Assembly: GCA_900088475.1 (NCBI GenBank)
Contig: FLMG01003436.1
Location: 84,539-148,538, forward strand
DNA length: 64,000 bases
Origin: Hyphochytrium catenoides
Lineage: Eukaryota > Protista > Hyphochytriomycota
Direction of reading: 5' to 3'
Shown here: piece by piece, positions 1 through 13,855 of the stretch
How the letters are laid out: every line of letters starts with the position of its first letter
Numbering within the stretch: position 1 is the first letter of the stretch
Translations under genes and position numbers: made by a program
Notes under the pieces: generated by a model
The model's input: the letters and a program-made list of their open reading frames with translations, nothing else
Told to the model about the DNA's origin: nothing
Database searches by the model: none

Positions 1-1350
<1,350 letters not shown>

Positions 1351-1446
1351 CTGAGAATTTTCCATTACGCTTGCTATAGGGGCTTACAAGTCACACTAAG
1401 AAGACAGATACGAAACTTCAGGGGCCTTGCCCCTACCAATAACTTA

Positions 1447-2597
1447 TTAGCAGCCAGCTGAAAAGCTTAGTCCAGGATGCTCTGCAATCAAAGCAGAAGC
1501 TTCTTCCTCAAAGTGGACTTCTTTGTCACTCTTTGGGCGCCTCCAAGTATCTCGTGCTCCATTCTGCAGCAAGAGAGACTCCAAAAGTTCCATGTGGTCT
1601 CCAGGAGCCGCCAATCGAAGGAGGTTCAACGGCATGACTTCATTCTTCGAGAAAGCATGCAAGAACATAGACCGCCGTCAAAGCAGGCATCAGGGGAACA
1701 GGGAGAGACTAGTTTCAGTTGCCAGGAGTGAAGGAAAGCCAAGGACGGGCTAGCGAAGGCAAAGGAAAACTAGGCTTCGAGATGGGAAGTAAAGAACTAT
1801 AACAGCTGCCAGACCTTTGCGACTGCATTGACGTCACTACCGAGGGTGACGAGTAAAGCTCCAAGCCCAGACAGATTCTTGGCGCAGGCAACGTGAAGCG
1901 GGGTGTAATAGTCTTCCTCTCTCTAGAGCAGCGGAGCACATGAGACTGGGACCCGTTACAAACATCATTTAGACGTAGTCGCAGTAGTGCCATGCCCGGG
2001 GATGGCAGGAACATTTGTAAGTAGAAGCAGGGGTCTCCTACCTGAGTGTTGACGTCAAGGCCCTGGCTGACCAGAAACCTTACGACAGGCTGATATTTCT
2101 CTTCATCGCCTTCCTCCGCTGCCGTGTCGAGTATCATGAAGAGTAAAGGTTTCAGAGCGGGACTCTCGGGGACAGAGAACCCGTTGCTAGTCATAAAGCG
2201 CAAGATGTCAAGACGGGGCTGTAGGGCGGCGTCTATGAAGCTTCGAGCCACATGCCAGTAAGGTACATCTTCCTATGACAATGATGAAGTTGGCGGGATA
2301 CCAGATGAGAAATATGAGGTCAGGGTTTATACAGAGGCATCAACCCCTCCAATTCCTCCTGTCCAACGACAGCATTGGGGCTTGTGAACGATTCCTGATA
2401 TGCTTCATCGACATTGGTTTTACCTTTGTCAGCCTCCCCGTGAACTCGCGAAGGCCTCTCAGATCGCCTTCCCGTATCAATTGATACAGCTGCCGACCGC
2501 GCCGCATCTTCTCGTCTGCGGCCTCGGGGTTTACTCCACGAAGAAAGTCAAGTTTCTCCATGTGAAGGTGCAGCGACTCAGGCTGCCCGAAGGCCAT
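1447..2597 (-). CDS. Ankyrin-repeat protein (4 exons)
   Basis: Spliced translation includes VVRFLVSQGLDVNTQ|..DYYTPLHVACAKNLSGLGALLVTLGSDVNAVAK|NEVMPL...LLQNGA (ankyrin TPLH/GxDVN motifs). ATG 2597, stop 1447. Confidence 0.78.
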
Positions 2598-3666
2598 TGT
2601 CACAGATTCACAGAAGCCTTGACTAGCTGTTTATTGCCGGAGAGCAATTCCTTTTGCCTCTAACAGCTAGTTCGAACTGCACTAGCTAGGAGGGCATCAC
2701 TATTGGCTTCTGAAGTAACTCTTCGTAAGTCCGCGAGGCCTAGATGAAAGTTAGGGTTTCCAAGGTAACCATCCCTCGAGCATCTACTACGGTGTGTCAC
2801 TATCTTTTGCGCACGCAGGTGTGCACTATCACCTTCCTGCTTCTCGCCACGGATTCAGTCGCGGGCGCCTGCCGAGCGCAAAGTGCAGCCGCGAAGGAGA
2901 CGCTGCTGGTCTCCCCTTCCGTTCAGGGATCTGAAGACGATGGGTTGACAGCTTCTCTTCATCCTTCTGTCCTTTCATCAAGTTCCGAGGGGAGGTGTGA
3001 AGGTTGAAGCTGGAAGGAAAGGGGAGTGTCCTACTGAGTGATAATCACATCCAGATTCTTATCTACTTGATTCTTCGGGAAGGAAAACAAGGAAACAAAG
3101 GATGGTCGTTAGCGGACTTACCGCTATCTAGGGGTTAGCGGCAACTCGGTGGCTGGTGTGGAAGAATGACTGTGAGGCGTTATTATCCGTCATCAAGTGA
3201 TGGACAATGGGGCCACTGGACTGGAGAAGAGGCAGCTCTACCCAAGAGAGTTCTGAAGAAAGAGGAGGCCTTTCTAAGCCCAGTGTTAGGTTGAAGACGG
3301 GAAGAGGAGGAGAGAGGGAAATGCCGCCTGCTTACCGGCTTTCTTCGTTAGGCAAGTCTTTGGTAAGATATTTTTAAAGTTGGAAGGGACGAGGGAGGGA
3401 AAGGGCATCACACTGGGGGTAGATTCCATGAGGGACGGAAGGTTCGGCTTTGCATCTCTAGCCCACAGTAGGGCGGCTGGGCTCCCAAGTAGGCTTGCCT
3501 TACTATGACTGAAGACCTCTGAAAGCCATAATCTGGGCCAGAGTCCCGTCCTTCTCTACTTGTTAAAGGCGGAGACAAACATCAAGGCCAGTGGGGCGAA
3601 ACGAATCCGCTGTGATTCAATCTCTTTAAAGTCTTGTCCGCCGCCTGATCAAGGCATCCTGCAGTG

Positions 3667-5435
3667 ATGGCGACTTCACATCAGAGTAAGGCTGTCCCTC
3701 CGGCCGCAGCACCAGCAGTCCAGCCGTTCAAGCCTGGCTCTAACTGGGCAATGCTGAAGCAAAAGCTGGGGCACACGAAGAGAAAGCTGGAAGAATTTTC
3801 GGAGGATACCCCCAAAAAGAGACATCAACCTGCTCTGGCGCCATCAACCGCCAAGGTTACAAGGTGAATCACTTGAATAGAGCTTAGCAGAGGTGCCCTT
3901 GGGTCTGACCATCCTCTATCACTCTTTTTCAGTCCTCAGGGACCCAGAACGCTATTGGAGATTGTGAAGGAAGCATCACCAGATATGAAAGGCAATAAGC
4001 GGCTACCTATTGACCCAATGCGGATATTGGCAATGGACTGTGAGATGGTGGGTAGACATTGTTTCGTTCGCATTGCAAAAAACGGATAGATGTAAGAGGA
4101 TTGGGCTCGGAGGATGGGAGCTGGCTTTTACTGCTTAGGACCAAGAAGTAGGGAGCAGCCTACACAAGGGGGCAGAACAGAGATACATAGAGAACAAAGG
4201 AGGCCATGTGGCAAATCTAGACACTGATCTCAGGAGCTCGAGGAAGAGAGAAAGGATCCACTTCTCTTTGGCTGAAGTATCCATGCAGGTGGGCGTAGGA
4301 GCCTCAGGCAGGCGCAGTGCCTTGGCTCGATGTAGTATAGTTGACTATGACGGAGAAGTGGTGTACGATCGTTTCGTCTTGCCTCAAGAGCGCGTAACCG
4401 GTAAGTGGCCCATTTCAGGGGGAGCGTCAGCGGCTTCAGCTGCTAGTAGCGGGAAGGGAGCTTCAAAAGAAGCGGTTTAACATAGAGAGAGCAGGACGAA
4501 AGGAGTCCGGGGTAGAAAGCTGAAAGAAGAGGTCGGTAATAGCCGCAGCGGAGTGTAGGGAGAGCACTCGATAGGCTGACCAAGCAACATACGATAGCTG
4601 ACTCTTGGCAATCTGATAGACTTTCGGACACGCGTCAGCGGAGTGAGGCCCAAGGACCTAAAAGACGCCGTTGACTTTAAAACGGTAAATTGGATGGAGG
4701 TCTTGTAAGCTGGAGCAGTGGGTTAACGTCGTATTGTTGATAATTTGCCGTAGTGTGCCAAGGACGTCGCCGGACTATTAAAGGATAAGATCCTCGTAGG
4801 CCACGCACTTCATAATGACATGAAGGTGAGCTTACACTGCAAGCAGCGGTATACTGCGTGCGTTTTGAGTGGAACGCTCTTTTCCCGTGGTGCTCTTGCT
4901 TGCCTGCCATGCTCTCTCTGGTAAACCGTTTTACCCTGCAGGTCTTATTCTTCGACCACCCAAAGCACCTTACCCGTGATACGGCGAAGTATAAGGCTCT
5001 AATGGTTCCCAGGAGAACCGGACTGGTGGGCAAAGTATCCATAGATCTACCTACTCCTTGATGAGTTCTCATGTGCCTCAATCGTAGAAACTGAAGCCCC
5101 AAGCTCTTCGAACGCTAGCGGAAAGGGAACTGGGCGTTAAGATCCAGACAGGAGAGCACAACTCGGTATGACGTCGTTCCTCTCGATGGTTTACGCTTCC
5201 TTGATGAGCTTGCAGGATTATTAGTCTTGCCATCTCACCCCTTTATCTATCTAATTCGTTCTGACAATAGGTTGATGATGCCCGCGCTGCCCTTGGGGTT
5301 TATAAAAAGCACATGCTAGTCTGGGAACACTCGTTGCGGAGTGGAGGGCATCAGAAGCATGGCCTCCCAAGAGCAAAACCCCACACCATTTCGCGAGAAG
5401 CGCTGCACAAAGCTGCTGGTGGTAACAGCTACTGA
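3667..5435 (+). CDS. REXO4: RNA exonuclease 4 (DEDDh 3'-5' exonuclease), multi-exon
   Basis: N-terminal SNW motif, then ILAMDCEM|VGVG..SALARCSIVDYDGEVVYDRFVLPQERVT|DFRTRVSGVRP, ILVGHALHNDMK, RDTAKY and IQTGEHNS|VDDARAAL. Stop TGA 5433-5435. Confidence 0.92.
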
Positions 5436-6261
5436 GGCCTCAACGTAGCCAATGGGATACACAGCGATCTACAAAGGGGGTATTTGTTGGATGTTGCTCT
5501 ACTGGCTTATAGAAGGGTGTTTTACGTTGTCGAGGCCACCCAACATCTATGTAACATAAAGGATACAATCCATTGAACAAATGAGGATCAACAACGCATC
5601 TTGTATATACGACCTCTCAGTCTCCTGGCCCGGCCAATAAGGCTGTCTACAAACCCCCAGATGCGGATGGGCGGAGCACCAGCCATCAGCCACAGGCTGC
5701 CACCCGCTACTAGTAGGTCACTATCGTGCCTGGATGAAGGAAGGACAGACGGTTCTAAAGGTGAAGATCATCAATCCTAAAGTCTCAGTTGGTCCATCAG
5801 AGGTCAAATCTCTGCTTTCCAGACCAAACTCGGTTCATTGGCCGCAATGAACTTGGCCTTCCCACTGTCATAGAAAACGTGGCAGCTGAGCTGCAGTAGG
5901 CAGAGAAGCAGCCAAGTAATCTACGGAACCACAAGCGTAACAGGTGCCAGTACTAGCACATCTGCAAATAAGACATCATGAGCTTCTCAAAAAAGCGCAC
6001 ATGACAGCGCTGTCAAAACTCCTGAAGATTTTGAGCGCTTATCTCTGGGCATTTACCTTGCTAATCGAGCCTCGCACTGGGACCTAGAGCGAAGACTTTG
6101 AAGACCCCATTAAAGCCATTGAAGTTATCGCGAAGCTGTCATAGATCTACTAAGTAGAGCTCAGAAGAAGAGCCCGTAGACATAGCTTTCTCTGTGCACT
6201 GAAGACTACAGAGGCGAGTCTCCGTTGTTTCTGTGATGAGCTGAAGGTGTCAGATGTCAGA

Positions 6262-6292
6262 TTCCAGAGTTCAGAGTTCAGAGTTCAGAGTT
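6262..6292. repeat. Short tandem repeat of about 4 copies of (T)TCAGAG(T) in intergenic DNA
   Basis: ttccagagttcagagttcagagttcagagtt is visible directly. Confidence 0.7.
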
Positions 6293-6733
6293 GTTATTAT
6301 TCTTGAGAGTATGCCCTTTTATTAGAAATATATGGTTATTCTATCACCTGGAACTGTACAGTACAGTAGCTTTGTAGCCACTGCTATGTAACCCAGGTCC
6401 AGGTCTCTATCTAACACTTTATGACCCATGAAGTTATATGGTTACCCGGATATGGTTCATGGGTGACAATTGGTTGGCCACTCACTATGTCTAGTAGTAG
6501 GCTTGCCTGTGACATCTACAATGTATGAGATTACTGGAGTGGTAATGACTCTTCTTAGGAGCGTTGATGGCCAACGGAGGCAGCTCTGAGAGTTCCGCCC
6601 AAATCTGCAACTCGCTCTGAAGCTTTCATCACTTTCTGCATCTCCGTCGAGGCTTGTGGAGCTCACAGAAGCACTAGGAAGCTGAGAAGCAAGCCAGATT
6701 CTCTGCCAGAGACAGCACTACTTGTTAGGAAAG

Positions 6734-7457
6734 ATGGTGTCCGCTAAGAAGACGGTACGATTCTTTCTCCCGGCCGTCGGACGTGTGACTGCCATCACCT
6801 TCTCTTCTATCTTACTGTTTCTTTTGTCTTCATTGGTATACCACGGCACGAGGAATGGTGTCTTGTCCGCGCAACGTGTGCACATGGACTGAGCTTTATT
6901 CTAGACTCAGCCAGCCCTATGAGAGTGACAGACACTCCTGCTTGTCGAAGAATTATGCCTTTCCTCTGTATAGTTTTTCTGTGTGGAAGTATAATGACTT
7001 ACGTTGTCGCTTGTGACGTCTGAGCAGAAGAAGACCATGGAGAGCATCAACTCTCGCCTCCAGCTCGTTATGAAGAGCGGAAAGGTTGCCCTTGGTTACA
7101 AGCAGACCCTTAAGAACCTGAGGAGCAACAAGGGTAAGCTACGTATTATAATGTCGTTTGGTGCTTGCAGTGGATGCTCAATCAAATCCTTGGACAACTC
7201 TTCTTTGTGCCTTTCTCTTTCGCCCGTTCCCACCTTTAGCCAAGCTCATCATCCTGAGCAACAACACTCCTCCTCTTCGCAAGTCTGAGATTGAGTACTA
7301 TGCAATGCTTGCCAAGACTGGCGTGCACCACTACTCTGGCAACAGTGCTGACCTCGGAACCGCATGCGGAAAGTACTTCCGCTGCTCCGTCCTCACCATC
7401 ATCGATGCTGGTGACTCAGACATCATCCGCTCCATGCCTGCTGGCGGCCAGGAGTAA
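6734..7457 (+). CDS. RPL30: 60S ribosomal protein L30 (eL30), 3 exons
   Basis: MVSAKKT|[35 protein letters not shown]|[35 protein letters not shown]...CGKYFR; tandem TAA TAG stop. Confidence 0.98.
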
Positions 7458-7943
7458 TAGGTCTGTCTGAAGATAAATAAAGTGCTTCTCAAGGCAGTTA
7501 TGTGTCCTAAAATTATCGACAACCTTCCGTCCTGGTCCATAATTTTGACACCTTTGGGGGGCGGATGTTGCATAGCGTAGCTTGTCACATAGGTGGTGAC
7601 CTCATCTTACCAGTAGCATTAAACCATTCCCTGTCAGTCGATCTTGTAAACCCTGGTATGCAGAGTCATCGGCTTTATGGCCCCAGTTGGATCGCAGTGC
7701 TCTACACGACGGCCATACGTCCATATACGGACAAGTCAAGCCCCAGTGACGACGACGTTGCAATCTCAGTTGCTATAGTCCGCAGCTTCAAGGAGAACTA
7801 ATCTAGAAGTCGCAAGCAGCTAGAGACTGTATTTGGTGAAGCACTTCAGAGCGATCATATTTTTACAATGTTTATTGGTAACTCATAACATGGCACTTGA
7901 CAAAGCACAGTTGGAAGGGGAAGCATGACATGGCTTGCAGCCC

Positions 7944-10900
7944 TTATCGCCCGTTTAAAAAAGTGGGAGCAGCATTTGGCGTTTGCTGTTTCACTTGGCC
8001 ATATGGGTAGGAAGGAGTAGGTCCTTGCACCGGTGGAGAAGGACTAGGGGCTATGGGAACTGCAACGCGAGGGGAGACAAGAGGAAGGGTAGGCCCCTGT
8101 GGGTTCTTCTGTGGTGGTGGCAGAACTGGTGGGAGAGTTGTAGGGGTAGGAAGCGCAGTTGGAGAGAGAAGAGCATTCGGAGCCGGAAGAGGGGGTGGCG
8201 GGGCTTGCTGATGGAGGAACATGGGATGCTGCTTCAGGAGTGGGGGAGAAGAGGCCATTGAGATAAGACTGTTAGGCGCCTGATCAAGACGAAGATTAAG
8301 GAAGGGGGAGTACGGTCATCTACAATAGGATGCGGTACAAGATTAGAAAGGCAAGCAGAAGGGAAGTCACAAAAAAATGCTTCCTGCTTAATTCCTCACA
8401 GAACCATAAGATAGTGACCACAAGAGAGAACCAAGAGCAAGTCAGAACGAAAGGGCTTGATGCTCACATTGTGGCTCTGATGATGCAAGGCAGTCGGCGG
8501 TGGAAGTGCGGGAGGCTTTCCCTCTTGAGGAGAGGATAAAATTTGTGGGAGAAGCATGGCCTTCTGCTTGCCGTGGTCTGCTCTATTTGTTGATAGAGGC
8601 TCCAGCTTAGGCTTTGCTTTGGGGGTATGCTCTTTAGCGCCACTCTGACCTCCATGTGGAGTCCTTTTCCCTTGTCCGCTACTTCTTCCCTTTTCGGCCT
8701 AGAGGAATAGAAGAGTCAAGTTATAACTGTGGGTCGTCCTCTCACTGGATGCATCATTGAAGGCCCAATCCTTGTCACATGCTAGACTCGACTTCTGTCT
8801 CCTTCAGTTTTCTCATTACTCTCTCTCACTATGGGGTCACTCACCGCTCTAGGGGAGGCCCCAGGCATGTCGGGATTGTCAGAATGGAGCCACCGGTAAG
8901 TGATGCCGTCTGCATATGGAGACTCTCTGCGTAATAAGTCATTCTGGTGAGTTGAAAACGGCGCAACCCATGGTACTAGAAGATAGAGTAAGAAAGCGAA
9001 ACATAGAGAGGGCTAGATGCGAGGTGTATGAATAGGCTCCAGGCTAAGAGAATGGGGTTGAAAGACCTGAGAGCTGCTTCCAGGTGAGTCAGATCTCTTC
9101 TGGGCCGCTTCCTCGATGCAATCATCTGTAAACAACGCAAACGTCACCGATCATCGCTCAACCAATGCACTCTCTTAGTAATATAAAGGTGCCAATACCT
9201 TTATTTCACCTTTTGAAACGAGTGAAATGAGCTTGCTTGGCCGAGGTGCATCTTTGTCATTCCCTAAGGTCATCAAAGGGCAGAATGACAAGTAGAACAA
9301 GATGATGATGAGCTACTCTAAGATTTAGGGGTCAGAAGGTAAGCATGACGGGTCCTTCAAGTGAAAATCATAATGCTCTCATAGCCTTGGTCGAGGACAG
9401 GATTACAAGCTCGCTATGGGAAGTGGTGCTTTTACCGTGATATTTCTCTTCAATTGTACTTAGCTCCCCAGCACCCTTATCTGAGGCATTGGCCCTGGCG
9501 ATCCTAAACAAGGGCGAGGCTGGACAGCGAGGGTTCCAGCAGCTGTCAGATGTGGCCTGAGTACAAAAGCTAATGAGACATTCCCGCATGCATGCAGATA
9601 TATCTTCCAGGGACTAGTGCCCGAGACTTTCGCCTTACTATATAGGAGCTCTCATCCTTACCTCTTTCTCCACGTGACATGAATAGCAGGCAGGTATTGA
9701 GACCAAATCTTTTAGTTCCTCTTCCTTTTCCATGGACGCCAGAAGAGTATCCAAGTTCTCGCTCTCCTTGCTCTCCGCCTCAATCTTGTGGAGGTGTTCA
9801 ATAAGATTCGGCCGTCCTCTGATCCTATCCATCATCTTTATGATGTGTCGCCGTAAATTCTCACGGAAGACGGTCTAGAACAGGATGGTCGACAGGAGAC
9901 GAAGGTCAGAAGAGGGCGCCTTTATGGTGGTCCATAACAGAGAGAGGCCTCAGCAAAGCGGAACGTCAAAGTCACAGAAAACAGCTGAAAATGTTAGACA
10001 CAGAATGAGGGACAGCGGACATCTCCCCATCCAGAAAATAGGTGAAAGTAGAAGTGAGGAGGGCACATCACACCAGAAGATAAAGCGAGAAGCTTTAAGA
10101 GGAATAAAAGGCAGATGTCGAGGTGTTCGATGGGTACACCCACAAGGTTTGCTGGGTGGAACTCTGCTGAAGGCGGTGGGTGCTCACTGTCATTGCCGTT
10201 GGCAAGATAGGCTAGCTTTCTTACGTCCTCCAGGTGTAAGTCCTGCAGATGATAAACAAGCTGGAAGAAAGATAAGCAGAAGGCGTATATTGAAAGACCA
10301 ATAGTATAGGGACTCCCAGAAAGGGGATGAGTTGAATGAACCTCTGAAAAGAGAGGAGTCTGGCAGAAGTACTGAGGGTGCTGGACAGTCCACTAATAAC
10401 AGTGGCAAATCAAAGGTCACTCGCTGGTGGAAGCCTCAGCCACGACGACAGCTCCACCAAAGTTATGAATACGCACCTTCTTCTTGTCAATGTCAACTGT
10501 GCAAATGTCATCCTCAACCCAGGAAATAATCCCACGCTTTCCGTTCGGTAACCAGGCCTAATGGTGAGATATGATGTTAGGTCTTTCCCTTAAGATTTTC
10601 TTCGCCCCCGGTAAAGCCTTCTACACGCAGATAAAGCCTCTCCTCCCTAGGTCTTGCTGTTCTACCAATAGGCTCCTCAAGCTGGCACGAACAGGACTTA
10701 CGAATCTGCCAATCAAACTGTTGTTGCTGGACTTCTTTGACGCACTGCTCTTTGGACGGTTGCTATCTGTGCAGGGGTTGTACCGCGTCAGTACATGGTT
10801 TACGGCAGGAGCGTGGCTGTTATTTGGGGCCAGGGTCGGATGCTTGGCCTGTCTTTAGGCTTTGCTTTTGAGAAATCACTGACAGCGAGGATTGGATACG

Positions 10901-13855
10901 GCATGGTAGACGGAGCTCAGAAGATGTCTGCATCACCTTTCGGCCGCTTCTTAGCTGGTTCTTCTTCCAGTTCGTTGTCTGAGTCTTCATCCTCTTTGCG
11001 ACCTTTAACCCCTTCTTTTTCTGCCCCTGACCCGCCCCTCTTCCTTTTCTTCTGCTCGTCATCGTCATCGTCGTCGTCCTCATTCCCTTGAGAATGCTTT
11101 CCGGCTCGAGATCCTCCAGTACTGGTCCCACTAGAGTCACCAGCTGAGTGAGCAGCAGCATCCCCTGGTCGCAAGAAAGTGGGCAGGGAGACGGTCGGGT
11201 GAGAACAGACTCCCCAGAAGATGAGAGTCCTTTACGCTGTTGCCTTGAGCGACGGAAAGAAGCTAGGGCGTTGACGTAGAGATGATTAACGCATTTACCT
11301 TCTTTAGAACCAGCGTCATCCTTACTTCCTGTGCCTTTCTTGGTGGACCCATCACCGCTGTCATTTGTGGCAGAGCAATAAACCTGAAAGGACCTTGTTC
11401 AGAGCTACCTCTCTCTAATAATGCTCAGTTCGATTTTTCCCGTTTTTCCTTTGCTTACCGGAATCCCTTCTTTCTCCGCTTCCACCGCTTTATCCATTGT
11501 CTGCGGAACTCCACTCTCGGGTATGGTGACAGTGGCGGTGGCTCCTTGATCCTCCCTTAACTTCAACTCATCTAACACTGCCAACTGAACCCCGTCTTCA
11601 CAATTTTCTCCCTGTGGAAAGGGACTGAGTAGGGCTCACGGCGGTTTCATTGGATAAAGGGAGAGATGAACATAAGCCCTGTCGGTAACCCAGAAGCTAT
11701 GACCCTTCGTGCCTAGGAACCATATGACTGCGACAGTGGTGAGAGGAAGGAGCAAATCGAAAGGAGCGCAACCGTGCACGACGAAGTTATCCTTGTCTTG
11801 CTTGCTTCCCTTTCTAAAGGTCAACAGTAGTACTGCCAAAGGCCTTACCGTCTCCAGCGGAACCAAAGAGTGGCAGTCGATCGAGGCTCGTCCCTCTTTA
11901 CCCAGCGCAGACTCATCTAACAGGTCTTTCTGCTCGGAAAGCTTCAGATGGAGTGGAAGGTAATCGACTACGTAAGCCAAACTCTGAAGCACGATGCAAC
12001 ACCTGCAAAGCTTGTGACTCTAATTACCTGATACGAAGAGAATGGCTTCACTACAACCAATTGCGAGAGAAGCAGCCAGGAAGAGCAGTGACGTAGCTCC
12101 TCATTATATATAGTACAATGGTGCCCATCAGCAGCTATCTGCAGAACGTAATGGTCAGAACAAACTTAGCTCCCCTTTACCGTCTAATCGGCATGCCAGC
12201 TATACCTCTCCCGCTTGTTGCGATTAACTCTCCATGCAATCGTTTGAACCTCTCAATTTAGTTATCCGCCTTGGGTCTCTCTCTTCTCTTTGTGTTCAGG
12301 GCATGTTCCCCTATCTTTCTCCTTCCTTTGTCTTCTCGCGCTCGCCTTTTTACCTCTGGCTGCAATTCCTTGACGATCACCTTGGCGTCGACAGAGTACG
12401 GAGAGGCCACTTCAGTCCCTACTAGGCTAGTGGGCTCTTTGCTTAGAGGAGCGGAAGTGAGAGGGGTGATGTCCTCGCCTCCATCTTCATCAATCTGATC
12501 ACACCGCATCCCGTCGACAGACATCAAATCGGGTGCCCTGAAAGTGTAAACTTTGCCACTAGGGGCTGTCACCCTATACCAGGTGTTTGGGTGTACACCT
12601 TGTACAACACCAATCTCCTGAATAAGGTGCGATGGGCGCTGCTCTATGTTTAGCGTTGCCCCTATTATTACTTCCATGCTTTTCTTGAAGGAAACTTGGA
12701 AAGCTGCCGACTCCTGTTCATCATCAAACTAGTGAAAGGAGATGGGGTGAGCCCCTGTATAGGTGGGTGAATATTGGGCAACGGAGGTTAACGAGGGACA
12801 ACATGGCACAACATGGCCTAGAGAGAAACGCCCAATAGTACTAGAGATGATGTGAAAGATAGGTCCACCGGCGAAAGGTAAATTGGCATGAAGCACCCTC
12901 AACTTATTGGCAGATACCAGGGAGCTAGCAGATAAATGTAATAGGCAGATAACACCTGTGACTCAACAATATTAGCCCGCTTTGTGGCGCCATTTCTCAC
13001 CTTGCTCTCATTGAGAAACTGTTGTGATACTTTCTGTCCGGCCGGATCAGAGAGGCAACCTTCAAAGGGGGTCAGAAGGGGCGTGATCCTAAGAGTCCGG
13101 TCCTGCATCATCTCTGGAAGAACAGCTGCTGATGGCTTGAAAGAAACAAGGCTCTCACACTGATGACATCGCTATAACGCCAAGGACTGCATCCATCCAG
13201 ATCGAAAGGGGAATTTCCTATTGCAAAGGTCAAGGAGATCAGTAAACTGCGCAATACGGTGTAAGCATGTGTATGTCGATTAGAGTCTTCCTCAGCACTC
13301 AGACCGATAAAGGCAACCCAACTCACATGAAGGAAGAGGGAAGGTTTGCTCTGCGCTTACGTCCAGAAGGGAGGAGCTTGCTCAAAGCAGCCGGTTGGCA
13401 TAGCAGCTAGGAGGGTTGCACTAGGAGGGTTGCACGGCGCCGCTATTTTGAGTACCCCAAGTGTGACTCCTTAGGCTTCTCTCTAAGGGAGACAGCACTA
13501 CAACGACTCGTTCAGGTGCAGCACAATGAAATGCCGATAAAAGGAGCCGTCGTACGCAGCGTGAAGCAGGACTAAAATAGCGCTAAGCCTTAGACAAGGT
13601 TTGCTCCTCCAATGGTGCTTCAACGAGTATCGCGGGTCCAAGCCAAGCAGGCACGGAGATCAGCAAGGTAAACACTTATTCACGCTTGATTGAAAGCTGC
13701 CCCCTCCTCTCCGACAGGTTCTGCCGTGGCGCTGCCCGGTCTTTCTTGTCTCTCCTAGTGCTCTCCTCCGCTGCTATTGCCTCTGCTGTGGAGCTTTGGC
13801 TGTTGCTGGCTGGTCGGATGGGGGCCGCACTCTCGTTTCGCGCTGCTTCTTGCAT
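7944..13855 (-). CDS. Large uncharacterised multi-exon protein (SH3/KOW-like segments, acidic/basic tract, putative C4 zinc motif, Pro-rich C-terminus); 5' boundary approximate
   Basis: Chain of GT-AG-bounded coding exons on the minus strand: IGVVQGVHPNTWYRVTAPSGKVYTF, NEDDDDDDDEQKKRKR, WLPNGKRGIISWVEDDICTVDID, CYSCHVEKE|ATSDSCWNPRCPASP, and a terminal proline-rich exon ending at 7944. Confidence 0.55.

Noticed and set aside
5570-6150. Possible small spliced gene on the minus strand (donor near 6055, acceptor near 5962)
   Set aside because: Every frame I tried across the candidate exons hit stop codons, and no recognisable protein emerged.
6755-7027. Possible snoRNA or kink-turn autoregulatory element in RPL30 intron 1
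   Set aside because: Some hairpins can be drawn, but no convincing H/ACA or C/D box arrangement or K-turn was found.
13405-13440. Small tandem duplications (ctaggagggttgca x2; also near 37876 and 38079)
   Set aside because: Ordinary slippage-type duplications with no terminal inverted repeats or transposase, so there is no support for a mobile element.
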